Positions 19,892 to 29,394 of a stretch of 64,000 nt of DNA are shown here, in pieces. Where the stretch lies: positions 8,921 to 72,920 of the forward strand of contig JBJXFH010000068.1 of NCBI GenBank assembly GCA_046155365.1, read 5' to 3'. Under the pieces are notes generated by a model. That model did not search any database. It was not told the DNA's origin and worked only from the letters and a program-made list of their open reading frames with translations. Both the position numbers and the translations under genes were made by a program. Source of the stretch: Acidimicrobiales bacterium (GTDB lineage Bacteria > Actinomycetota > Acidimicrobiia > Acidimicrobiales > CAIXPF01). Numbering within the stretch: the stretch's first letter is position 1; each line of letters starts with the position of its first letter.

Positions 19892-20940
19892 GACGTCGGC
19901 CCCGCTGGCGTGGGTGCGGGCGCCCCTGCGGGAACGGCGAGCATGGCATCCACTGACCGGCGGGCCCGCTCGGCAATACCGACCGGTATGTGGACCTCCG
20001 TGGTCATGGTCTGCAGCGAGTGCAGGATCTTGTCCAAGGTGATGCGCTTCATGTGCGGGCAGAGATTGCATGGACGCACGAACTCCACGCCCGGCGCCTC
20101 CACGGCCACGTTGTCCGCCATGGAGCATTCCGTCACCATCACCACCTTGTGGCCGGACCGCAGCCCTTTGACGAACCCGATCATGCCGGCGGTGGAACCC
20201 ACATAGTCCGCTTCGGCCAACACCTCAGGAGGACATTCAGGATGAGCCAGGATCTGCACGCCAGGAGTCTGGGCGCGGTAGCCGCGCAGCTCTTCCCCGG
20301 TGAAGCGCTCGTGCACCATGCAGCCGCCTTCCCACAGGATCACGGACACCTCGGGCAGCTGCGACGCCACCCAGTGGCCCAGGTACTGGTCGGGCAGGAA
20401 GATGACCCGGTCCGTTCCCAGCGAGCGCACCACCTCCACCGCGTTGCCGCTGGTGCAGCAGATGTCCACCTCGGCCTTGACCTCCGCCGAGGTGTTCACG
20501 TACGCCACCACCGGCACCCCGGGGTAACGCTGACGCAGCAGCCGCACGTCGGCGCCGGTGATGGACTCCGCCAGGGAACAGCCGGCGCGCGCATCGGGGA
20601 TCAGCACCACCTTGTCGGGGCAGGTGATCTTGGCGGTCTCGGCCATGAAATGCACCCCCGCGAACACGATCACCTCAGCATCGGTGCGCGCCGCCTCGCG
20701 GGCCAGACCCAGCGAGTCCCCCACAATGTCCGCCACACCGTGGTAAATGTCCGGGGTCATGTAGTTGTGGGCCAGCACAATGGCGTTGCGTTGCGCCTTC
20801 AACCCGTTGATGGCCTCAATGGTGGGCGCCAGCGCGGCCCACTCGATATCGGGCAGCGAACGCCGGGCCCGATCGAGCAGCGTGATCCCCTCCACCCCCA
20901 AATCGGGGTGCACCAGCAGGTTGGATCGCATCCGGCTCAT
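19888..20940 (-). CDS. nadA: Quinolinate synthase A
   Basis: LAHNY, GVHFMAETAK, AGCSLA, YVNTSA, CCTSGNA, CMVHE, AHPEC, CPHMK. Confidence 0.97.
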   Translation of the reverse strand: MSRMRSNLLVHPDLGVEGITLLDRARRSLPDIEWAALAPTIEAINGLKAQRNAIVLAHNYMTPDIYHGVADIVGDSLGLAREAARTDAEVIVFAGVHFMAETAKITCPDKVVLIPDARAGCSLAESITGADVRLLRQRYPGVPVVAYVNTSAEVKAEVDICCTSGNAVEVVRSLGTDRVIFLPDQYLGHWVASQLPEVSVILWEGGCMVHERFTGEELRGYRAQTPGVQILAHPECPPEVLAEADYVGSTAGMIGFVKGLRSGHKVVMVTECSMADNVAVEAPGVEFVRPCNLCPHMKRITLDKILHSLQTMTTEVHIPVGIAERARRSVDAMLAVPAGAPAPTPAGPTS

Positions 20941-20995
20941 GACCGCTTCTCTCCGGAGCCCCGACCACCCGACGGGAGGACTGCGCCCCTGGCTC

Positions 20996-21038
20996 TAATG
21001 CTCATGTCGAGCATTACTTATGCTCTGGGAGAGTATAT
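20996..21038. promoter_or_regulatory. Tandem palindromic operators upstream of nadA, probable NrtR sites
   Basis: TAATGCTC-N5-GAGCATTA (20996-21016) followed by TTATGCTC-N5-GAGTATAT (21018-21038), AT-rich in a GC-rich context and adjacent to nrtR. Confidence 0.75.
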
Positions 21039-21151
21039 GCACCGATGGTTACGTTTGCGCAAGGGCCAGGTGGCCAGGACTCAACGCCGAGGTGTCCGAA
21101 GCTGCCGCGAGCGGGGCTACCGGTCCCGGGCGAGGGCCGTCAACACCACGC

Positions 21152-22150
21152 TCAGCTGCGGGTCCAGGGCATGCCCACCCCGGGGCGGGGACGCTCCCGC
21201 AACACGTCGCGACGGAACCGGAACAGCTCCGCCGGGCGCCCGCCACTCGGTGCCATCAGCCCGGTCCCCTCCACCAGGCCGGCCCCCTCCACCAGCCGGC
21301 GGAAGTTCTGTTTGTGCAGACGCACCCCCGACAGCGCCTCCACCAACCGCTGCAGCGCCAACAGGGTGAACGCGGCCGGCAACAACTCAAACACCACCGG
21401 GCGGTAGGTGAGCTTCCCGCGCAACCGACCCAAGGCCGTGGCCACGATGCGCCGATGGTCACCCTGCAACGCCACGGACTGCACAATCGGCCCCGTCCGA
21501 ACGGTGGATTCCTCGAGCAACCCCACCTCGTAGAGCAACTCGTAGCGTTCCAGCACCCGGACCCCGTCCCACGGCACGCCACCCAGGCCGAACACCACCT
21601 CGGCCCGCTCCTCGCGTAACTCCGCCTCCGCCGCGTTGGGCGAGGCCGCCACCCACGCTCCCAGCGCCGGTTCGATCACCTCGTCAATGACCGGCGGCCG
21701 GCCCTCACGATGGTCCTCCCATGGATAGAGGTCATACCAGTCCACCCACGCCGCCCGGGCCTGTGGTGGCGCTTCCCGCACCAGGGCCAGGTAGGCGATG
21801 GACAACACCCGCGCCCCGCGAGATCCGGCGCCGGCGGCGGGCCCCAACAGGGTGCGGGCATCACGTCCGGCGTCGCCGAAGGTGTACAGCTGCTCGGCGT
21901 AACCCACCTCCAGGCCGCTCTCTTGGCGTACGAACCGTCGCAGGGACAGCTCCAAGGTGCGGTCATCGAACTCCAACAGGCCCGACGGCAGACGAAATCC
22001 GGACCCGTCATCATTGTCAGCTCCCGGTCCGGCCGACCCCACCGCCGGATCCGGCGCCCCCACGCTGAGGACTTTGGGCCGCTCATCGGTGACCGCCACG
22101 ATGACCGCATCGAGCGCCACCCGGAACTCGGGACCGGCGCGCTCAGTCAT
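21152..22150 (-). CDS. nrtR: NrtR-family regulator (Nudix-like plus winged HTH)
   Basis: EQLYTFGD..RD, SIAYLAL, YPWEDHR, DHRRIVATALGRLRGKL, LHKQNFRR, GGRPAELFRF. Confidence 0.88.
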   Translation of the reverse strand: MTERAGPEFRVALDAVIVAVTDERPKVLSVGAPDPAVGSAGPGADNDDGSGFRLPSGLLEFDDRTLELSLRRFVRQESGLEVGYAEQLYTFGDAGRDARTLLGPAAGAGSRGARVLSIAYLALVREAPPQARAAWVDWYDLYPWEDHREGRPPVIDEVIEPALGAWVAASPNAAEAELREERAEVVFGLGGVPWDGVRVLERYELLYEVGLLEESTVRTGPIVQSVALQGDHRRIVATALGRLRGKLTYRPVVFELLPAAFTLLALQRLVEALSGVRLHKQNFRRLVEGAGLVEGTGLMAPSGGRPAELFRFRRDVLRERPRPGVGMPWTRS

Positions 22151-22273
22151 GGTGGTCAACCGCCGCCCGCCAACCATCGTGCTCAGCCATGTCCAGACAC
22201 CCTCACCAGCCTAGGGCCGGGCGGTACCCGCGCTGCCGGGCCCCATAACCACGAGCTGACTACGCTGCGGCAC

Positions 22274-23026
22274 GTGTCGAGACTCCTCGTGGACATAACC
22301 GATCGGGTGGCCACGGTCACCATCAACGACCCCCAGCGTCGCAACGCCTTTGACCTGGCCATGTGCGAGGAGGTCAAAGAGGCCTTCGACGGCTTGGATG
22401 CGGACCCCAACGTGGGGGCGGTGGTCATCACCGGCGCGCCCCCGGCGTTTTGTTCGGGGGCTGACCTCAGTCACCTCGGATCTTCCACCCGGGATGGGTT
22501 GCTGGCCATCTACGAGGGGTTCCTGCGCGTTGGTCGCAGCCCCAAACCCACCATCTCCGCGGTCAACGGCGCGGCGGTGGGCGCCGGCATGAACCTGGCC
22601 CTCATCACCGATCTGCGCATCGCCGGTCGCAGCGCCTCCTTCGACGCCCGCTTCTTGCAACTGGGCATCCACTCCGGCGGCGGGCACACCTGGATGTTGC
22701 GCCGCCTCGCCGGTCCCGAGGTGGCCTTCGCCATGGACCTGTTCGGCCAGATCCTGGACGGGACCGAGGCCGAACGGGTGGGTCTGGTCTACAAGTGCGT
22801 GGAAGACGACGAGTTGCTGGCCACCGCGCAAAGTGTCGCCGCCAAAGCCGCCGCCGGCCCGCCGGAACTGGTCAGCCGGTTTAAAGAGTCATTGCGGGCG
22901 ATGGCCAACATCGACAACCAGCAAGACGCCATGCTCTATGAGCTGGAACATCAGGCCTGGTCCACCGAGCAACCCGCGTTCCAGGCCAACCTGGCCAAGC
23001 TGCGGGCTCGAATCTCCTCCCGCTGA
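22274..23026 (+). CDS. Enoyl-CoA hydratase/isomerase
   Basis: VTINDPQRRNA, AFCSGADL, AVNGAAVGAGMNLAL. Confidence 0.9.
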   Translation: MSRLLVDITDRVATVTINDPQRRNAFDLAMCEEVKEAFDGLDADPNVGAVVITGAPPAFCSGADLSHLGSSTRDGLLAIYEGFLRVGRSPKPTISAVNGAAVGAGMNLALITDLRIAGRSASFDARFLQLGIHSGGGHTWMLRRLAGPEVAFAMDLFGQILDGTEAERVGLVYKCVEDDELLATAQSVAAKAAAGPPELVSRFKESLRAMANIDNQQDAMLYELEHQAWSTEQPAFQANLAKLRARISSR

Positions 23027-23122
23027 GGACGTGAATCAGGCGGGTTGTCGCCACCGCTGATCTCGCGCGACCGCAGTACCTTCCAAAGCCTTCCTCAGTT
23101 TTTGGTAGGTTCCACGATTCAC

Positions 23123-23150
23123 TATGGCCCGGGCCGGAGCTGGCCGATAA
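23123..23150 (+). promoter_or_regulatory. Putative sigma28/WhiG-like promoter of the tad operon
   Basis: GCCGATAA at 23143-23150, 7 nt before ATG 23158; weak -35 (TATG) 16 nt upstream; no SD sequence. Confidence 0.55.
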
Positions 23151-23157
23151 CCCCTTC

Positions 23158-23967
23158 ATGGGAGTCAAGCGGAAGCTCATTGGCATTGTCGGCTTTCTGG
23201 TTTTTCTGAGCGCCGGCGCCTTTTTGGTCCTGAAGTCCGGCAGCGCGGAGCCAGAAACGGAGTTGGCCCGGGCCCAGGTCCCCATGCTGGTGGCCATCCA
23301 GTCCATCAAAGCCGGCACCTCCGTTGACAAGGTGATCGAGAACGCCGCCACCCTGCTGTCGGTCTCGATGGTGGACGTGGAGGCCCGCAACCCCGACGCG
23401 CTCACCGCAATAGAAGAACTCACCCCGTACAAGGGCCAGGTGTTCGCCACCGAGATGGCCCTCAACGCACCGCTGCTGACCACCACCTTCGTGGACCGCG
23501 GGGCGTTGACGCTGGCCGCCGGCGGCGTTGACATCCCTGAGGATCTGCTGCAGCTGAGCTTCTCCCTGGAACCGCAACGGGTGCTGGGAGGCTCTCTGCG
23601 TGCCGGTGACCGCGTTGCGGTGCTGATGTCCAACACCCCGCCGGTAGTTGCCGAAGGCCAGACGCCGATGGGCCAGACCCACATCATTGTGCAGAAGGCG
23701 CTGTTGGCCAACGTGCAGCTGGCCAACCTCGCCAACGCCGGAGATGGCGCCCCCGGCGAGGAGACCGCCCCGCTGGTGGTGGGCAACTACATGGTGACCC
23801 TGGCGCTGTCGGCGTCGGACACCGAGCGGATGACCAACGCCTTGGAGTTCGGCAGGATCTGGCTCGCCAAGCAGCCCGACCCGGCCAACGGCGAGAACAC
23901 CAAGGTCTGGGACGTGGAAGACACCATGACCGAGCCGGTCACGGCCTACAAGCTGCCGGCCAAATGA
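23158..23967 (+). CDS. cpaB: Flp pilus assembly protein CpaB/RcpC
   Basis: N-terminal TM, SAF-like LVAIQSIKAGT, GGSLRAGDRVAVL, VTLALS..GRIWLA. Confidence 0.85.
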   Translation: MGVKRKLIGIVGFLVFLSAGAFLVLKSGSAEPETELARAQVPMLVAIQSIKAGTSVDKVIENAATLLSVSMVDVEARNPDALTAIEELTPYKGQVFATEMALNAPLLTTTFVDRGALTLAAGGVDIPEDLLQLSFSLEPQRVLGGSLRAGDRVAVLMSNTPPVVAEGQTPMGQTHIIVQKALLANVQLANLANAGDGAPGEETAPLVVGNYMVTLALSASDTERMTNALEFGRIWLAKQPDPANGENTKVWDVEDTMTEPVTAYKLPAK

Positions 23968-26156
23968 GCGAGTCGACGAGCGCTCCCTCACCGGCAGGCT
24001 CGGCTGGTACCCCCCCGGCCAGCACCCCCCCGGCCAGCACGCCCCCGGGTGAACACCGCCGAGGCGTGGATCCGCCAGCTCCTCCCGGGATGATCAACCC
24101 CGGCATGGACCTTCTCTCGGCGCTGGCTGCGGTGGTGGAAGATCCCGCCGGCGGGCGAGGCATCCCGCTGCCGACCCCACAGGTGGCTCCGCAGGCTGCA
24201 ACTGCCGGCGGCGCTCCCGGGGGACAGTGGGCACCAGGCCAGGCACCAGCCGACCCATCGGGCCCGGCCAGCCCGGCGGCCCAGACCGGCTGGCGGCCAC
24301 CGACGGGCGCTTCGCCATCGATCCCCACCCTGGCCGCGCTGAGCGCCTTGGTGGACGCCAACCCGGCAAGCCCGGCTGGCCCTTCCGCTGGACGGCCCAA
24401 CAACGCCTCCCCTCCCGGTAATGCCCCCAGCCCCGGCCACAACGGCGGTCCGGCGTCGCCCGCGAACGGGGCGGGGCCGGTCCCCAACCGCGCCGCTCCC
24501 GCCGGCCCTGCTGCGTCACCGGCCGACCAGGCCCGGGGTCCCCACGCCCAAGCAGCCCCCGGAGCCCCGCCGGCCCCGATCCGACCTGCCCCCCCTCGAA
24601 GCGGGCCCGGTGGACCCGGTGGACCCGGTGGGAACGGGCCGGCCCCGGTCCGCCAGCTGCCCCTGCCTCCGCCCGGCGCCGGTCGGGCCCCCGCAGGACC
24701 CGCAGGACCCGGCGCCGCCCCGCCGCCGCCGTTCCGCGCCCAGCCCAACACCCCTAGCCCGCCCCCCTTCCGGTCCGCCACCGACGCTCCCACCCCGCCC
24801 GCGGGACCGAGCGCCAACACGCTGGTCGACTACCTGCACGACACACCGGCCGACGCCGATAGCGAACTCAAGGAGCGGGCGCAGAACTCTCTGCTGGAAG
24901 GCCTGGGCGCACGGCTCTATGACCCCTCTCTGACCGAGGACGCCATGAATGCCCTCGTCGCCACCCACCTCGAGGGCTTCTTCACCGCCGAGTCCATCAG
25001 CTTCAGCCTTGAGGATCGAGAGCGATTGGCCAAAGAAATCACCGACGATCTCTTGCGACACGGCCCGATCGAACCGTTCCTCAACGATCCTGGCGTCAAC
25101 GAAATCATGGTCAACGGCCACAAATCGATTTACATCGAGCACAAGGGCAAGTTGATCCAGACAAAGGTCCAATTTCGCGACGAGGCCCAACTGCGGCGGG
25201 TCATCGAGCGCATCGTGGGACGCGTCGGGCGCCGCATCGACGAGTCCTCACCCATGGTTGACGCCCGACTTCCCGACGGATCCCGTGTCAATGCCATCAT
25301 CCCGCCGCTGGCTGTGGATGGACCCAGCCTCACCATTCGAAAGTTCACCGCCGATGGGTTCACCATTGACGATCTGGTCCGTCGCCGCAGCTTGAGCGCG
25401 GAAGTGGCCGGGCTGCTCGAGGTCTGCGTCCGAGGACGGCTCAACATTCTGGTTTCCGGTGGTACCGGCTCGGGCAAGACCACGTTGCTCAACATCTTGT
25501 CCTCGTTCATCCCGCTCGATGAGCGAATCGTGACCATTGAAGACGCGGTCGAACTCCGTCTGCGTCAGCCCCACGTGATCCGCCTGGAAAGCCGCCCCGC
25601 CAACGTGGAGGGCAAGGGCGCGGTCCATATCCGGGACCTGGTCCGTAACTCCTTGCGTATGCGGCCGGACCGGGTGGTCATCGGCGAGTGCCGTGGTGGC
25701 GAAACCCTCGACATGTTGCAGGCCATGAACACCGGCCACGACGGCTCGTTGTCCACCCTGCACGCCAACACCCCTCGCGATGCGCTGTCCCGTATCGAAA
25801 CCATGGTCCTCATGGCCGGCATGGATCTGCCGGTGCGGGCCATTCGGGAGCAGGTGGCCTCCGCCGTGGACATGATCGTGCAGATCGCCCGCCTCCGGGA
25901 CGGCTCCCGCCGGGTTACCCACATCACCGAACTGACCGGTATGGAGGGCGACACCATCACCATGAACGACGTGTTCACGTTGGGCGAGTACGGCGAGGTG
26001 GACGCCGATGGGCTGTTTACCGGGGTGCTCAAGCCCACCGGCATCCGTCCGGTATTCGCCGACCGACTGGCCGAACACGGCATCCATGTGCCCGAGGAGC
26101 TCTTCGGGGACACCTTTGGTCTGCGCCTGGGCAAACCTGCAGCGGGAGGCTGGTGA
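23964..26156 (+). CDS. cpaF: Tad pilus assembly ATPase with long Pro/Ala/Gly-rich N-terminus
   Basis: EIMVNG, DARLPDGSRVNA, SGGTGSGKTT, IEDAVEL, LRMRPDR, AMNTGHDGS. Confidence 0.95.
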   Translation: MSESTSAPSPAGSAGTPPASTPPASTPPGEHRRGVDPPAPPGMINPGMDLLSALAAVVEDPAGGRGIPLPTPQVAPQAATAGGAPGGQWAPGQAPADPSGPASPAAQTGWRPPTGASPSIPTLAALSALVDANPASPAGPSAGRPNNASPPGNAPSPGHNGGPASPANGAGPVPNRAAPAGPAASPADQARGPHAQAAPGAPPAPIRPAPPRSGPGGPGGPGGNGPAPVRQLPLPPPGAGRAPAGPAGPGAAPPPPFRAQPNTPSPPPFRSATDAPTPPAGPSANTLVDYLHDTPADADSELKERAQNSLLEGLGARLYDPSLTEDAMNALVATHLEGFFTAESISFSLEDRERLAKEITDDLLRHGPIEPFLNDPGVNEIMVNGHKSIYIEHKGKLIQTKVQFRDEAQLRRVIERIVGRVGRRIDESSPMVDARLPDGSRVNAIIPPLAVDGPSLTIRKFTADGFTIDDLVRRRSLSAEVAGLLEVCVRGRLNILVSGGTGSGKTTLLNILSSFIPLDERIVTIEDAVELRLRQPHVIRLESRPANVEGKGAVHIRDLVRNSLRMRPDRVVIGECRGGETLDMLQAMNTGHDGSLSTLHANTPRDALSRIETMVLMAGMDLPVRAIREQVASAVDMIVQIARLRDGSRRVTHITELTGMEGDTITMNDVFTLGEYGEVDADGLFTGVLKPTGIRPVFADRLAEHGIHVPEELFGDTFGLRLGKPAAGGW

Positions 26157-27196
26157 TGACACCAATACTTGGTGGTCTGATGGTGCTCATGGCGCTCGGC
26201 GGGCTGGTCTTCGCCTTCAAGCCCGCCGGCCCGGCCAAGGGCGCGACATCTCCTCCCCCACCACCACCTCCTCCGCCGCCGGGCGCGCCCCGCGCCGAGA
26301 GCGGATCCGCCACCTCCGGGCGGGTCCAGGATAAGGCCCCGTTGCCGTCTCCGGACAACGATAAAGAGGCGAAAAAGCGTTACATGACCGCCAGTTCGGT
26401 GGTGGAGATCCACCGCCTGCTGTCCGACGCGGTTGACAAGCGACTGGCCAGCAACCGCCGTAAAGGTCTGGCGTTGCGCCTCGAGCAGGCGGGCAGCCAG
26501 ATGAAGCCCGGCGAGTGGCTCATCATGGCTCTGGCCACAGCCGTTGGGCTCACGGTGGTCGCCACCCTGGTGGTCAACATACTGGCCGGTCTGGCAATGC
26601 TGCCAGTGGCGATGTTGTTTCACCATCGGTGGCTCAAACGACGGGTCCGTAAGCGGCAAACACACTTCGGCAGCCAGCTCGGCGAAACCCTCCAGCTCCT
26701 CGCCGGCAGCCTTCGGGCGGGGCAGAGCCTGGTGCAGGCGCTGGCCAACGTGGCCACCGACGCCCCGTCCCCCTCGGCAGAGGAATACCGCCGAATCCTC
26801 ACCGAGAACCGCCTCGGCCGGGACCTCACTGAAGCGCTGTACGCCGCCGCGGTGCGGATGGACAGCGAGGACTTCGAGTGGGTGGTTGGTGCCATCGACA
26901 TCAACCGAACCACCGGTGGTGACCTCGCTGTCATCCTCGACCGGGTCACGGAGACCATTCGGGAACGAACCCGCTTACGAGGTCAGGTCCGCTCGCTCTC
27001 TGCGGAGGGTCGCCTGTCGGGCTGGGTGGTGGGCCTGCTCCCCCCTGGTGTCTTCTGTTTCGTGTATATGACCAACCGCGAATACATGGCCACCTTCTTC
27101 AGCAAACCACTGGGCTATCTCTTGCTGGGAGCGGCAGCATTGTTGCTCTTCCTCGGTGCCCTCTGGTTGAAGAAAATCGCCAAACCGGCCTTCTGA
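26156..27196 (+). CDS. tadB: TadB type II secretion F-family membrane protein
   Basis: AGSLRAGQSL, TGGDLAVILD, VRSLSAEGRLS; ATG 26156 overlaps the cpaF stop. Confidence 0.9.
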   Translation: MTPILGGLMVLMALGGLVFAFKPAGPAKGATSPPPPPPPPPPGAPRAESGSATSGRVQDKAPLPSPDNDKEAKKRYMTASSVVEIHRLLSDAVDKRLASNRRKGLALRLEQAGSQMKPGEWLIMALATAVGLTVVATLVVNILAGLAMLPVAMLFHHRWLKRRVRKRQTHFGSQLGETLQLLAGSLRAGQSLVQALANVATDAPSPSAEEYRRILTENRLGRDLTEALYAAAVRMDSEDFEWVVGAIDINRTTGGDLAVILDRVTETIRERTRLRGQVRSLSAEGRLSGWVVGLLPPGVFCFVYMTNREYMATFFSKPLGYLLLGAAALLLFLGALWLKKIAKPAF

Positions 27197-27206
27197 AGGA
27201 CGTGTC

Positions 27207-28151
27207 ATGAACCAACTCCTAGCTCTTCTCGTCCTGGCTGCCGCTCTCCCGCTGCTCTGGTTCGCGTTGCGCAACACAACCCCTGAGCTCGACGACAACG
27301 GCGAGGAAGTTCCTGCCTGGGTAAAGGCGGCACGCGACAACGACGTGTCAGGGGCGGTGGACCTCCGTGACGTCATGCTCCAGATGCAGACCGTCCCACG
27401 CCTGGTAAGGCCAGCGTTCGAGCGTTTCGGTCGCTCGTTGCAACGGTTCACACCGGGCAACATTGGTACCAGCCTGGAACGAGCCATCTACCTCTGCGGA
27501 CTACAGGGCCGAGTGTCCGTCACCACGCTGCTGGCCGCCAAGTTCATCACCACCGGCATTGGCCTGGCCATCGCGGCCTTCGCATTCTTGACGATGAGCG
27601 GGCCGCTGCGGTGGGTCCTGACGTTGGGAGCCACGCTCATCGGCTTCTTCTTCGTCAACATCATGATGAACGGCCGTGGAGCCAAGCGACAGAAGTTCAT
27701 CCAGAACAAGTTGCCGGACGTACTGGACCAGATGTCGGTCTGCGTGGAGGCCGGGCTGGGCTTCGATGCCGCCATGTTGCGTGCCGCCAAGAGCTCGGGT
27801 GGACCGCTGGGTGAAGAGTTGGGCCGTACCATCCAGGACATCCGTCTCGGCGCCAGCCGGGCCATGGCACTGAACTCGTTGGTTGAACGCTCCAGCGTGC
27901 AAGAGGTACGCCTGTTCGCCCGGGCCCTGATCCAGGCGGAAAAGACCGGTATCCCCATTGTGCGGGTCCTTCGGGTGCAGGCTGATGATGCCCGTGAGCG
28001 TCGGCGCCAACACGCCGAAGAGCAGGCCATGAAGCTCCCGGTGAAGATGTTGGGACCGCTCATGCTGTGCATCCTTCCGGCGCTGTTCATCGTGGTGCTC
28101 GGACCGGCGGTCATGAACATCATGGACAGCGGCCTCACCAGCGGCGCCTAA
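27207..28151 (+). CDS. tadC: TadC type II secretion F-family membrane protein
   Basis: LPDVLDQM..VEAGLGFDAA, AEEQAMKLPVKM..P..LCILPA. Confidence 0.92.
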   Translation: MNQLLALLVLAAALPLLWFALRNTTPELDDNGEEVPAWVKAARDNDVSGAVDLRDVMLQMQTVPRLVRPAFERFGRSLQRFTPGNIGTSLERAIYLCGLQGRVSVTTLLAAKFITTGIGLAIAAFAFLTMSGPLRWVLTLGATLIGFFFVNIMMNGRGAKRQKFIQNKLPDVLDQMSVCVEAGLGFDAAMLRAAKSSGGPLGEELGRTIQDIRLGASRAMALNSLVERSSVQEVRLFARALIQAEKTGIPIVRVLRVQADDARERRRQHAEEQAMKLPVKMLGPLMLCILPALFIVVLGPAVMNIMDSGLTSGA

Positions 28152-28155
28152 GTCC

Positions 28156-28791
28156 ATGGCAGCCGAAGCCGAAGCCGAGGCCGGGACTGAAGACCCCGCC
28201 GAGGATTACATACCGCCCGGTTGGGTGGAAGCATTCCTGCCCCGCCGTGACCGCCGCTATCTGGCCGTCACCGGCGCCGTAGCGGCCATCAGTGCCCTAA
28301 CGCTGGGCACGTTGGCACCGGACGCTCGACTGATTCCCGCCATGGTGGGCCTGTCGGTCCTGGGCACGTTGATCGGTGCGGGCGATGCCGTTACCCGGCA
28401 CATCCCCAACAAGGCCAACGCGGTGGCGCTGGCGTCGTGCCTGCCGCTGCTGGGCCTGGCCCGCCTCAGTGGCGACGGTTCACTTCGAGGCGCGGCCCTC
28501 GGCGCAGTGGCCGCCTTCCTGGCGTATTTCGCGCTGTGGTTGGTGGCTCCGGCGTCCATGGGTCTGGGCGACGTAAAGCTTTCGCCGTATCTCGGTGCTT
28601 ATCTTGGGTATTTCGGCCTAACGTGCTGGACAAGGGGTCTGGTGGCGGGTTTCCTGGCGCAGGGACTTGTGGTGGGAATCGGGCTGGCAGCTCGACGGCT
28701 CACCGCTCGAAGCCATGTCGCGCACGGTCCGGCAATGTGCGTTGGCACGGCCGCGGCGGTGCTCTGGACGATCGTCAGCGTAGGTAGGTAG
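28156..28791 (+). CDS. Prepilin peptidase (A24, CpaA/TadV-like)
   Basis: D..RHIPN, MGLGDVKL, HGPAM; multi-TM. Confidence 0.88.
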   Translation: MAAEAEAEAGTEDPAEDYIPPGWVEAFLPRRDRRYLAVTGAVAAISALTLGTLAPDARLIPAMVGLSVLGTLIGAGDAVTRHIPNKANAVALASCLPLLGLARLSGDGSLRGAALGAVAAFLAYFALWLVAPASMGLGDVKLSPYLGAYLGYFGLTCWTRGLVAGFLAQGLVVGIGLAARRLTARSHVAHGPAMCVGTAAAVLWTIVSVGR

Positions 28792-28809
28792 CTCGTGGAG
28801 GGCCAACCA

Positions 28810-29394
28810 ATGAAAATCAGGCGGCGGATACGTCGCGACACCGACGGCGTGGTTGCCGTGGAGTTCGCGCTCATCCTTCCGATCATGGCCATGCTGGTCT
28901 TCGGCACCATTGAGTTCGGGATGCTGTTCCGGGCCAATCTCACCGTCAGCCAAGCGGCCCGGGCCGGGGCCCGTACCGCTGCGGCGCAGCCCCGGGTCAC
29001 CAACTATCAGACGGATTCGGCCAGCGCGGTGGCGGCGCAGTTGCGCAACACCCTGGCCACCGAGGAGATCAGCTACCTGTCGATCTACCGGGCCGACAAG
29101 AACACCGGCCTGCCTCTCGATGGTGGCACGTACAAGACCTGCACCACCTGCTACCGGTTCTCGTGGAACACCACCACCAAGACCTGGACCCAGATCGGCG
29201 GCGCCAGCTGGGCGGCCAACACCCAGCGGGCATGCGGCCCCGAGGCAACCACGGACTACCTCGGGGTCTACGTGGAAGCCCGGTACAAGTGGGTCACGGG
29301 CCTGTTCAAGCCGATGTTCGGCTCCCAGAGCACGTTGGGTGAACGCACCATCATGCGCCTCGAGCCGATCGGGGGTCAGACCGCATGCTCATGA
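28810..29394 (+). CDS. TadE-family pseudopilin
   Basis: DG-VVAVEFALILP..FGTIEFG..AARAGAR. Confidence 0.9.
   Translation: MKIRRRIRRDTDGVVAVEFALILPIMAMLVFGTIEFGMLFRANLTVSQAARAGARTAAAQPRVTNYQTDSASAVAAQLRNTLATEEISYLSIYRADKNTGLPLDGGTYKTCTTCYRFSWNTTTKTWTQIGGASWAANTQRACGPEATTDYLGVYVEARYKWVTGLFKPMFGSQSTLGERTIMRLEPIGGQTACS

Noticed and set aside
16884-21369. Long plus-strand ORFs (593, 628, 459 aa) opposite nadABC
   Set aside because: Antisense shadows of high-GC coding sequence with no motifs.
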